A stretch of DNA of 64,000 nucleotides from an uncultured Sphaerochaeta sp. GTDB taxonomy: Bacteria; Spirochaetota; Spirochaetia; Sphaerochaetales; Sphaerochaetaceae. The notes under the pieces are model-generated. The model saw nothing but the letters and a program-made list of their open reading frames with translations, did not search any database and was not told where the DNA came from. The stretch covers positions 579,757 to 643,756 of the forward strand of contig OY763408.1 in assembly GCA_963667405.1 (NCBI GenBank), in the 5' to 3' direction. Positions 55,856-64,000 of this stretch are shown here, one piece after another. A program made the position numbers and the translations under genes. The stretch's first letter is position 1, and each line of letters starts with the position of its first letter.

Positions 55856-56712
55856 TTTTTCACCACCTCCTTCAGGTTTTGTTTAGTCAGCTTGAGCAAG
55901 ATCCAGATGATGAGCGAGGAGAGGGCAAGAAGGAGGAATCCGAATGCTGCCCCCTGGTTCCAGTTGAAGTAGAGGATGATCTGGTTGTAGATCTGCTCGG
56001 TGAACCACAGCGAGTTCTTGCCTCCCATAAGGTTCGGGGTGAGATAGCTTCCCAGCACCAGCATGAAGACGATGATGCCGCCGTTGACGAGACCCGAGGC
56101 ACAGTGGGGAATGATAATCGTTCTCCAGATGGCCAGCTTGGAGGCTCCCAGGTCATAGGCAGCTTCTATGATGGAGTTGTCGAGGTCATCCATCACCCCG
56201 ATGACGGGCACCACCATGAAGAGCATGCTGGTGTACACAAGCCCCATGATCATGGAGATGTCGTTGTAAAGCATCTCAACCGGCTCCTTGAAGAGGCCGA
56301 CGGAGACCAGGAAGTGGTTGAGGATGCCGCTCTCCCTGAGCAAGATCATCCAGCCATAGACGCGGATGAGTTCGCTGACCCAGAAGGGAACCAGGATGAA
56401 GATCATCAGGGCTCCGGTCATCCTTCCCCGCACCATCTTGGAGATGTAGAAGGAGACCGGCAGGGAGATGACCATCACCAGGAAGGTGACCAGAATGGAG
56501 TACCCTGCGGTGCGAACGAACGTAAGCCAGTAGATGGGCTCACGGAAGAAAGCCAGATAGTTGTCCAAGGTGAGCTTTCCGCTATTGGCTTTGGTGAAGG
56601 AGAGTCTCAGCAGTTCCAGATGTGGCAGTACGATCAAAAGAAAAAGCCACAGGACTACAGGGAGGAAGAAGAAGAGAAATCCCCATTTGATGTGTTGTCT
56701 ATTCTTCATCAT
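55852..56712 (-). CDS. potB: Spermidine/putrescine ABC permease
   Basis: EAAYDLGASKLAIWRTIIIP motif. ATGA overlap with potC. ATG 56712 is preferred over GTG 56727. Confidence 0.85.
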   Translation of the reverse strand: MMKNRQHIKWGFLFFFLPVVLWLFLLIVLPHLELLRLSFTKANSGKLTLDNYLAFFREPIYWLTFVRTAGYSILVTFLVMVISLPVSFYISKMVRGRMTGALMIFILVPFWVSELIRVYGWMILLRESGILNHFLVSVGLFKEPVEMLYNDISMIMGLVYTSMLFMVVPVIGVMDDLDNSIIEAAYDLGASKLAIWRTIIIPHCASGLVNGGIIVFMLVLGSYLTPNLMGGKNSLWFTEQIYNQIILYFNWNQGAAFGFLLLALSSLIIWILLKLTKQNLKEVVKK

Positions 56713-57811
56713 ATAACTTCCAGTCACTTCGTCTGAAGCAGATGGTCTTGTTCAGGTCCCACCCGACCTGGATGCGATCGCCACTACGGATAAAGTCATA
56801 CTCCCGTGTCTGGGGGAGGGCCACCACCAACTCGCCGTCGGTTCCCAGCGGCTTGACCATCAGGCGGCTGTTGCCTCCATCAAAGAGGATGGAGGTGACG
56901 TCAACCGGGACCGTCTGGAAGTTTTCCCGACCCTCCCCTGGGTTGATGATGACCGCTTCAGGGCGGATGAAGAGGTCATACTCATCCTCCGCTCCACTCT
57001 CCTCAAATTTCTGGGCGAGTTTGAAATCGTAGCGGTCTGCATAGCGGGCGACGGTATCGCCTTCTGCATCACGATGCAGTTTCACTCTCAGCTTGTTGTT
57101 GTTTCCCACGAACTGGGCTACGAATGAGGACTTGGGTTCATGGTAGAGCTCTTGCGGAGAACCGATCTGCTCAAAATGGCCGTTGTTCATCACTGCAACC
57201 ATATCGCTCATGACCATGGCTTCGCTCTGGTCGTGGGTGATGTAGACGAAGGTGGTTCCCACCTGCGATTGCAGTGTCTTGAGCTCCACTTTCATATGTT
57301 CCCGCAGTTTTGCATCGAGGGCGCCCAAAGGCTCATCGAGCAAGAGTACGCTTGGTTCCATGATCAGGCATCGCGCGATGGCAATGCGTTGTTTCTGACC
57401 GCCGGAGAGCTGGCTGATCTGTTTCTTGCCCGATTCGGGAAGCCCGACCCGCTCCAGAAGCGAGCGGACTTTCCTGTCGACTTCAGGACCTTTCTCTCCT
57501 CTTCGGCGCAAGCCGAATGCAATGTTCTCATGGACATTCATCATGGGGAAGAGTGCCAGATTCTGGAAGACCAGGTTCACCGGCCGCTTATTGGGGGCCA
57601 CCCCGTCCATGTTCTTGCCATTGAACAGGAGCGTTCCCCCATCCGGCTTGTAAAAGCCGGCGATCATGCGCAGCAGTGTGGTCTTGCCGCATCCGGAGGG
57701 GCCGAGAATGGAGAAGAATTTGCCGTCTTCCACTTCAAACGATACTTGGTCAACTGCGGTGAAATCACCAAATCGCTTGGTGACGTTTTGTACTGAGAGT
57801 GCACTATCCAT
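56699..57811 (-). CDS. potA: Spermidine/putrescine ABC transporter ATP-binding protein
   Basis: GPSGCGKTT, LSGGQKQRIAIAR, LLLDEP, plus a TOBE-like C-terminal domain. Confidence 0.93.
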   Translation of the reverse strand: MDSALSVQNVTKRFGDFTAVDQVSFEVEDGKFFSILGPSGCGKTTLLRMIAGFYKPDGGTLLFNGKNMDGVAPNKRPVNLVFQNLALFPMMNVHENIAFGLRRRGEKGPEVDRKVRSLLERVGLPESGKKQISQLSGGQKQRIAIARCLIMEPSVLLLDEPLGALDAKLREHMKVELKTLQSQVGTTFVYITHDQSEAMVMSDMVAVMNNGHFEQIGSPQELYHEPKSSFVAQFVGNNNKLRVKLHRDAEGDTVARYADRYDFKLAQKFEESGAEDEYDLFIRPEAVIINPGEGRENFQTVPVDVTSILFDGGNSRLMVKPLGTDGELVVALPQTREYDFIRSGDRIQVGWDLNKTICFRRSDWKLYDEE

Positions 57812-57879
57812 ACTGTTGTTTACCTTGCAGAAATGCCGATGGCTGGTGTTCAGCCATCGGCACTATGCTGTCAGATCTG

Positions 57880-58959
57880 TCAGCGGGCAGCTTTGATCTT
57901 GTCGAGTGTCTTTCCTTCCATCTCCTCAATCCCAGCCGGTACGGTTGGGTACCAGTTGATGTTCGCCAGGACTTCAGGGGGAAGACCACGGGTAAAGTTT
58001 GCCTTGATCTCCGGGTCCAGATAGTTCACTGCATCCTTGGATGCCGTACCGTAGGTTTCACGGTTGGTGAAGAACGCGGCGTTCTCAGCTCTCAGCATGA
58101 AGTCGATGTAGGCATAGGCTGCATCGAGGTTCTCACTCTTGGCCGGGATTGCAAAGGTATCAACCCAGGCAAGTGCTCCGCTGGTTGGGGCAAGATAATC
58201 GATGTTCGGGTTCTCGGAGTGCAGCTTCCATCCAGCCTGTTCCCAAGCCGATGCGGCCCAAACTTCTTCCGAGCGCAGTGACTGCAGAAGCTGGTCTCCG
58301 TTGTCCCAATAGGTCTTTACCGAAGGCTTGCCTGCGATCAGCACCTTTTCCATCTCGTCGAGGAACTTCTGGTAGGCAGCAGGATCGGAGTAGAGTGCAA
58401 ACGGATCGTAACCAAGGGAGAAGCCCATGCCGATGAGGGTGGGTCTCTTCAGGCGGTAGGAGACTCTTCCTGCATACTTGGGATCGAGCAAGTCCTTGAA
58501 GTCCTTGATGTCGGGGGCTTTCGCCTTGTTGACCACCAGGCCTTCCGTCCCATAGACATGGGGTACTGCATAGGATTTGCCATCCACCAGTGTGTTCTTC
58601 TTCACTGCCTCAAGCAGGGAAGGGTCGATCTGGGCGGTATTCAGGCGGGTATAGTCTATCGGCTGGTAGATACCGTATTGCTCCACTACCGAAGAGATGC
58701 GGTCTTGGGAAGGTTGGGCAAGGTCAAACCCACCGCCACGGGTTGCACGGAGTTTGCTGATCATCTCCTCGTTGTTGCTGAGGGTCACCTCAACCTTGTA
58801 GCCGGTTTCTGCGGTGAACTTGTCGAGCAGCTCCTGCGGAGCATAGCCAGACCAGGTGATGACACGCAGTACGGGATTCTTGGTTTCTGCAGCAGCTTGG
58901 GCAAAGAGCATTCCGCCCACTACCACCAGGACCATGAGCACAAGAACAACTTTCTTCAT
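57880..58959 (-). CDS. potD: Spermidine/putrescine-binding periplasmic protein
   Basis: Signal peptide MKKVVLVLMVLVVVGGMLFA and a PotD/PotF-type SBP fold (LRVITWSGYAP...). GGAGG precedes ATG 58959. Confidence 0.85.
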   Translation of the reverse strand: MKKVVLVLMVLVVVGGMLFAQAAAETKNPVLRVITWSGYAPQELLDKFTAETGYKVEVTLSNNEEMISKLRATRGGGFDLAQPSQDRISSVVEQYGIYQPIDYTRLNTAQIDPSLLEAVKKNTLVDGKSYAVPHVYGTEGLVVNKAKAPDIKDFKDLLDPKYAGRVSYRLKRPTLIGMGFSLGYDPFALYSDPAAYQKFLDEMEKVLIAGKPSVKTYWDNGDQLLQSLRSEEVWAASAWEQAGWKLHSENPNIDYLAPTSGALAWVDTFAIPAKSENLDAAYAYIDFMLRAENAAFFTNRETYGTASKDAVNYLDPEIKANFTRGLPPEVLANINWYPTVPAGIEEMEGKTLDKIKAAR

Positions 58960-59507
58960 ACGGAGTCCTCCTCTAGGATTATGAGGTTTCCCTGCTTTGC
59001 TGCTGCACTTGTTTGGATCCACTTGCAGGTTGTGCCTCGTCCTTATGGTAGGTGGTGCTATCTTCAAAGTCAATTCCAAAACAGGAAAGATAAAAGTGTT
59101 GATGAGTGGATGTATAGCTTCTCATTCAGTTTCTGTATGACAAGAAACCATTACAGGATAGGGAAATGATTTTGGCTTCGGTTCTGGGGTTGGGTACTGG
59201 GCGGTTTGCTGGTTTCTCCACCGCATTCCTTTGGGGAAATCCGGAAAGTCTATGTCTGGAAAGGAAAAATACGAGAAAGGAAAGAGGTATATGAGAAATC
59301 CGTGAATTCGGGTTGCCCCACACGGCACAGTCCCTTTGGTCATGGCATCGCCTGCAATACGGGAATTTGCATGAGCCTACTCAAGATAGTATGAAAAGTA
59401 TAGAGGAAAATAAGACTAATGCGAGGGATGCCTATGTACCGAAAGAGGGCACAACGTTAGTTCAAGTGGTATATAAATATATATAATATATGTAATTGTT
59501 ATTCTTC

Positions 59508-59535
59508 TTGACTTCACTTTTCCTGATACTATACT
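59508..59535 (+). promoter_or_regulatory. Putative promoter of the ROK regulator / sugar ABC locus
   Basis: TTGACT (59508-59513), a 16-nt spacer, then TATACT (59530-59535), preceded by an A/T-rich UP-like tract (TATATAAATATATATAATATATG). Confidence 0.45.
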
Positions 59536-59584
59536 GAAGTTGAGTTGGTACAAAAACAAACTAACCGACAGATAGGAGATGTCA

Positions 59585-60739
59585 ATGGACAGTCCTCGGA
59601 GAACAAGGCTCATCAATTCCTCGAGAATCATACACCGTTTGTGGATAGAAGATGAGTTGAGCCGTGCTGACTTGGCTGCTCGGCTGGGACTGAATCGTTC
59701 GTCTGTTTCCAATATCGTTGCGGACCTCATGCAACGGGGCATAGTAAGGGAAAACGAAATCATTGATCCAGGTCCCAAAGGGGGGAGAAGAGCCATAGGG
59801 ATTACGTTGAACAAGGAGTATTTCCATGTAATCGGTATTGAGATCCGTTCGGATTCCTCTACTGCTCTCTCCGTTGACTTGGAAGGAAAGGTTCTGTTCT
59901 CAGAGACTCAGCCGAAAGGTTTCAATGCCAAGAATTTCGGTCCGGATGCCAAGGCCTTTATAGCTGAGCTGGCCCAGCGGCTGCAAAGCATGGGCCGTCA
60001 TCTTTTGGGTGTTGGCCTTGGTTTCTCAGGCATTGTTGATGCAGAGAGGCAACAGATCATTCGTTCCGTTTCCCTGGATTTCACCAAACCCTTTGATTTC
60101 TCTACCGAAGTAGCATCAGCGTTTCCATTTCCGGTATTCCTGGAAAACGATGCCAACTGCGGGGCATGGGGTGAGGTCATCTTCCAAAGGAAGCGAAAAC
60201 TCAGGAACTTCCTTTTTGTTTTGATTGAATTCTGGAAAGCCTACGATGCCCAAACAGGATTGGCCAGGCCAACCGTCGGGCTTGGCTTCGGTTTTGATGG
60301 GAAAATCCACCGGGGCAGTCATAATCAGGCAGGCGAGTTCAAAAGCGTACTGAACCGCAATCCCTTGTCATCAGAACAAGTGGAAGTGGATAGGACCATT
60401 TCCGTGACCGACGATACGGGTGCTTTGCATAGGTATTTGGGTGAAGTATGCGAGAACCTGGCATTTCTCATCAATACCCTGGATATTGCGCATGTCTTCA
60501 TAGGAGGAAATGTGGAAACCATCGAGACGGTCATGCCGGAAATGCTTCGTTCTGCACTGAAGGCAAACTCTCTGGACCACAGCGATGAAGGGATCCAGAT
60601 TCAGTTTTCCTCACTTGGGTATCAGGCCGTCTCCTTCGGGGCAGCAGCGCTGGTTCTCGACAAGGTGTTGATGAATCTGGAACCACTTTCAGAGTACGCA
60701 ACCCAAAAGGAACTTCCGCTTTTTCATCTCTTGGCATAA
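59585..60739 (+). CDS. ROK-family transcriptional repressor
   Basis: N-terminal wHTH (INSSRIIHRLWIEDELSRADLAARLGLNRSSVSNIVADLMQRGIV) plus a ROK sugar-kinase-like body. ATG 59585 has AGGAG 6 nt upstream. Confidence 0.88.
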   Translation: MDSPRRTRLINSSRIIHRLWIEDELSRADLAARLGLNRSSVSNIVADLMQRGIVRENEIIDPGPKGGRRAIGITLNKEYFHVIGIEIRSDSSTALSVDLEGKVLFSETQPKGFNAKNFGPDAKAFIAELAQRLQSMGRHLLGVGLGFSGIVDAERQQIIRSVSLDFTKPFDFSTEVASAFPFPVFLENDANCGAWGEVIFQRKRKLRNFLFVLIEFWKAYDAQTGLARPTVGLGFGFDGKIHRGSHNQAGEFKSVLNRNPLSSEQVEVDRTISVTDDTGALHRYLGEVCENLAFLINTLDIAHVFIGGNVETIETVMPEMLRSALKANSLDHSDEGIQIQFSSLGYQAVSFGAAALVLDKVLMNLEPLSEYATQKELPLFHLLA

Positions 60740-60787
60740 GCCGATGATTCCTTCTTGTGAAGGATGGTATAAAAATGGAGGACTACT

Positions 60788-62095
60788 ATGAACATGAAAC
60801 GGTTGCTCAGCACGATTCTCATTTCGTTGCTTCTCGTTCCTGCCCTGCTGTTTGCTGCAGGCACCAAGGAACAAGCAAAGGATTCGGCGGGTGATGGCAT
60901 CATCACGTTGTCTGTCTATCACTTCCTTGATCAGACAGATAAAACCACAGCGCCCAATTTCCAGTATCTGGTTGACGTCTTTGAGAAGGCAAATCCGAAT
61001 ATCAGACTTACCTTCGAGTATGGATATGGGGAGGCCTTCCACGACAAGTTGCAGACCATGGCAATGAGTGGGCAACTTCCTGATATCGTCCTGCTGTATC
61101 CTGGGGAACGGACAAGCCAGGTAACCAATGCAGGGTTGGTGCAGGACTTGCGTCCCTATCTGAGCGGGCATGAGGATGAGTTTGCCGATATGGCAATGCA
61201 AGGCCAGGGAGAGAACGGAGAGATCTGGGAACTTCCTGAAGATATCAGCATCACCTCCATCATGTTCACCAACAACCGATTGCTCAAAGAGCTTGGACTT
61301 ACTTTGCCCAAGACCTATGAGGAGTTGCTGGCGCAGGGACCTGTCATCAGGGCAGCCGGCCTGATCCCGATTTCCATCGCCAACAAGGATGCATGGCCGA
61401 TGCAATCATGTGTTGCGGGCATGCTGGTGGAACGAGCCTGTGGACTTCCGTGGTTCGACAAGGCCATTGCAGGAGAAGCGCGCTTTGATGATCCCGAGTT
61501 TGTGTATGCCCTGCAGATCATCAAGGATCTCACGGACAAACAGATGCTTTCCCCTGGAACCAACCAACTGGCCTATGGTCAGGGTCTTGACGATTTTGTC
61601 CAGGAGAAAGCTGTCTACTTCATCGATGGCGGCTGGACCGTGAACAATATGGTCGGCGAGTTGACTGCAGAGCAAAAAGCCTACATGAGCTTGGAATCAT
61701 TTCCTGATATTCCCAACCAGAAGGGCCAGAGTCTTTCCACCTCGGCAACGGCAGGACAAGGGTTCGGGATGAATGCAAAGCTTTCAAAGGCTGAATCAGA
61801 CGCAGCTTGGGAGTGGATTTGGTTCTATTCCGGTCCCGAAGGCTCAGCGATCAGACAGAGATTCGGAAGACTTCCGGCCTACAACCTTGCAGAGCCCAAG
61901 GATGCTGATCCCATGATCCAGAAATTGGTGGCGTATGCGGGCAAGGTGCCGATGGGATATGTGATGGATTCAGTGCTAGCCGCTGAACCGATCGGCACGT
62001 TCAACATCAATCTCCAGAACATGATGTTTGGTACCAAGACTCCGAAGCAAGTCGCTCAGGAACTGGAGGCCATGGTAGCGGCCGTTGGCCGATAG
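60788..62095 (+). CDS. ABC transporter extracellular sugar-binding protein
   Basis: Signal peptide, family-1 SBP pattern, and a position ahead of two MalFG-type permeases. GGAGG lies 6 nt upstream. Confidence 0.88.
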   Translation: MNMKRLLSTILISLLLVPALLFAAGTKEQAKDSAGDGIITLSVYHFLDQTDKTTAPNFQYLVDVFEKANPNIRLTFEYGYGEAFHDKLQTMAMSGQLPDIVLLYPGERTSQVTNAGLVQDLRPYLSGHEDEFADMAMQGQGENGEIWELPEDISITSIMFTNNRLLKELGLTLPKTYEELLAQGPVIRAAGLIPISIANKDAWPMQSCVAGMLVERACGLPWFDKAIAGEARFDDPEFVYALQIIKDLTDKQMLSPGTNQLAYGQGLDDFVQEKAVYFIDGGWTVNNMVGELTAEQKAYMSLESFPDIPNQKGQSLSTSATAGQGFGMNAKLSKAESDAAWEWIWFYSGPEGSAIRQRFGRLPAYNLAEPKDADPMIQKLVAYAGKVPMGYVMDSVLAAEPIGTFNINLQNMMFGTKTPKQVAQELEAMVAAVGR

Positions 62096-62161
62096 GACAT
62101 GATGATATCAGGCACTTCCCCTTGGTGGGGAAGCTGCCTGGCTTGCAGAAAGAGGAGTACC

Positions 62162-63049
62162 ATGACATTCTCACAGCAAAAACGAATGAGCTACTATGCA
62201 TTTCTTGCTCCTGGGCTGCTGTTGTTTGCCTCCATCATCATATTCCCGGTGGCATACAGCCTGACCTTGAGCTTTACCTCGTTCGGGGGGTATGGTACTC
62301 CAGAATTCATTGGATTGGGGAATTATGCCAAGATTATCAGTGATGAGGTGTTTCTCCACTCATTGAGGAACAATCTCCTGATTGTTGCCATCTCCGTATT
62401 CGGCCAGATTCCCTTGGGCTTTCTCTTAGCATATCTCTTGCACCGAAAGATGGTTCGCAACGGGGATTTTTACCAGACCATGATTTTCCTGCCCATCACC
62501 ATCTCTCCGGTAGTGGTTGCTCTCTTGTGGAACCAAATCTTCTCCTCATCGGGAATGGTGGTGGCCCTGATACGGCGCTTGACTGGGGAGAGCCAGTATG
62601 TGATACGCATATTCGAAGACAAGCAACTGGCAATTCTTCCGATTCTCTTCGTCCTGCTCTGGATGCATACCGGAACCTATATGATCATCTTCTATGCAAA
62701 TCTCCAGAAAATGACACCATCGCTTCTGGAAGCAGCCCAGATTGATGGAGCCAATGAGTCGCAGATGATGATGCGCATCATTCTCCCAAGCATGGTGGGT
62801 ACCATTGCAACCACAGCAATCTTTGCAATCTCAGGAAGCCTGAAAGCCTTCGATCTGATCTATGCAATGACGGGAGGCGGCCCTGCCCACTTTACCGAAG
62901 TCATTGCCATCTATATGTATATCAACACCTTCAAATACTATAAGTACGGCTTTGGGAGTGCTGCATCCATGATCATCGTACTGCTGGCCGTCGGCTTGAT
63001 TCTCCTGCTGCAATACATCAGCAGGAAGTTTGAGCGCAGGTTCGAGTAG
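62162..63049 (+). CDS. Carbohydrate ABC permease (MalF-like)
   Basis: YYAFLAPGLLLF..., EAAQIDGANESQMMMRIILP EAA loop. ATG 62162 has AGAGGAG upstream. Confidence 0.88.
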   Translation: MTFSQQKRMSYYAFLAPGLLLFASIIIFPVAYSLTLSFTSFGGYGTPEFIGLGNYAKIISDEVFLHSLRNNLLIVAISVFGQIPLGFLLAYLLHRKMVRNGDFYQTMIFLPITISPVVVALLWNQIFSSSGMVVALIRRLTGESQYVIRIFEDKQLAILPILFVLLWMHTGTYMIIFYANLQKMTPSLLEAAQIDGANESQMMMRIILPSMVGTIATTAIFAISGSLKAFDLIYAMTGGGPAHFTEVIAIYMYINTFKYYKYGFGSAASMIIVLLAVGLILLLQYISRKFERRFE

Positions 63050-63060
63050 GGGAGGGAGAA

Positions 63061-63891
63061 ATGAGAAAACGATTGACCTTGGCGAGTGTACTCTCTTCTG
63101 TGCTCATGATTGCATTCACCCTGCTTACGATCATCCCTCTGGCATGGATGATACTGAGTGCTTTCAAACCCCATGCCCTGATCGTGCGCTATCCGCTTGC
63201 ACTCCCCTTGTCTTGGTATGTGGACAATTTTGTTTTGTCCTGGACCCAAGGACACTTGGGAATCTACTTCATCAACAGCACCATCTACTCCTTTGTCGCT
63301 ACGCTGCTGACCGTATTCTTCGCCTTGAGTAGTGGGTATGCCCTTTCCAAGTTTCCGTATAAGAGCAGTCGGGTCATTTCCCTCATCTATACGCTTGGGT
63401 TGCTCATTACGGTTCACTCGGTAATTGTGCCTTTGTTCATCATGGAAACGAAATTGGGGATATCCAACACCCGCTTGGGAGTCATCCTTCCCTATATTGC
63501 CTTCGGGCTTCCTTTCCAGGTGTTTCTTGCCACCACCTACATCAAGGGGATTCCTGATGCCATGCAGGAGTCTGCCATCATCGATGGGGCAACCTTCTTC
63601 CAGGTGTTTTTCAGGATTCTCATTCCGGTTGCCACCCCGATCATCTCGACCATGTTCATCTATACCTTCCTCGGCAACTGGAACGAATTCATTCTTGTCC
63701 TGACCTTGACCAGTGACCTTACGGTACGGTCCCTCCCTGTTGGCATCAACAGTTTTGCAGGGGGGATGTCACGGGATTATGGCTTGCAGTTTGCAGCTCT
63801 GGTGATCGGTACGGTACCGATGATCATCTTCTATTTGGTTTTCAAAGACAAAATCGCCCAAGGCTTTGCTGCCGGGGCACTAAAGGAATAA
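63061..63891 (+). CDS. Carbohydrate ABC permease (MalG-like)
   Basis: ESAIIDGATFFQVFFRILIP EAA loop. 276 aa with six TM segments. Confidence 0.9.
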   Translation: MRKRLTLASVLSSVLMIAFTLLTIIPLAWMILSAFKPHALIVRYPLALPLSWYVDNFVLSWTQGHLGIYFINSTIYSFVATLLTVFFALSSGYALSKFPYKSSRVISLIYTLGLLITVHSVIVPLFIMETKLGISNTRLGVILPYIAFGLPFQVFLATTYIKGIPDAMQESAIIDGATFFQVFFRILIPVATPIISTMFIYTFLGNWNEFILVLTLTSDLTVRSLPVGINSFAGGMSRDYGLQFAALVIGTVPMIIFYLVFKDKIAQGFAAGALKE

Positions 63892-63901
63892 TAGTATTCG
63901 T

Positions 63902-64000
63902 ATGCCACACCCACTTCCTCTCATTCCCTATCCCTCTGATGTAGTGATGCTTGATGGATTGTTTCGCAACTCCAGGCGATTCTCTCTTTCTCTGGAACGC
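63902..64000 (+). CDS. 5' end of an ORF, possibly a glycoside hydrolase (GH20-like N-terminus); partial
   Basis: MPHPLPLIPYPSDVVMLDGLFRN resembles the (I/L)IP-x-P...G-x-F start of beta-hexosaminidases. Only 33 codons are visible. Confidence 0.3.
   Translation, partial: MPHPLPLIPYPSDVVMLDGLFRNSRRFSLSLER

Noticed and set aside
59416-59814. 132-aa minus-strand ORF overlapping the ROK gene start and its promoter, plus small ORFs at 59122..59394.
   Set aside because: It overlaps the ROK wHTH coding region in antisense and runs through an AT-rich promoter. It has no RBS or motifs.
1-64000. CRISPR arrays, tRNA/rRNA genes, IS elements and transposases.
   Set aside because: I saw no regularly spaced direct repeats, no tRNA-like cloverleaf segments in the intergenic regions I read, and no transposase or integrase ORF in the six-frame track. 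tRNAscan, Infernal or a repeat finder would be needed for certainty.

Overview
Gene-dense 64-kb chromosomal segment with about 62 protein-coding genes. I found no rRNA, tRNA or CRISPR array. The gene set (long-form SHMT, eukaryote-type hexokinase, Lys-rich Smr protein, CBS-type family II pyrophosphatase, single RSH enzyme) looks Spirochaetota/Sphaerochaeta-like, but I cannot verify taxonomy. In order, the window contains: (1) the truncated end of a prophage or integrative-element lysogeny switch (1-1201); (2) mscL; (3) a livJHMGF branched-chain amino acid ABC transporter; (4) CBS/ACT and Smr proteins and infA; (5) an SNF-family Na+ symporter divergent from a glyA-gcvH-gcvPA-gcvPB-hydantoinase cluster with no gcvT; (6) a HAD-cytidine deaminase fusion coupled to a PLD-type lipoprotein and two small OMP-like paralogs; (7) rpiB, a CBS-DHH pyrophosphatase and prfA-prmC-rel; (8) a GPH transporter and an XRE-cupin regulator divergent from tdh-kbl; (9) sbcB, hexokinase plus an orphan vsr, a phosphohexomutase, pdxK and an MTA-nucleosidase-like gene; (10) a patatin phospholipase coupled to an unknown 136-aa protein; (11) a PflX-like radical SAM gene; (12) an nqrBCDEF operon lacking nqrA, with three trailing genes; (13) a membrane-anchored XRE regulator with two PAP2 phosphatases; (14) DUF2200, a lipoprotein-type acetolactate decarboxylase homolog, AraC and LysR regulators, an EamA transporter, a GGDEF protein and a GNAT; (15) potDABC; (16) a ROK-regulated sugar ABC locus. 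No recognisable complete defence system is present. The most unusual items are the NqrA-less NQR operon, the HAD-CDA/PLD/OMP operon, the patatin two-gene module and the T-protein-less glycine-cleavage cluster. Many long ORFs in the track are antisense shadows or N-terminal over-extensions, and I re-set starts by hand where an RBS or a homolog N-terminus supported it.
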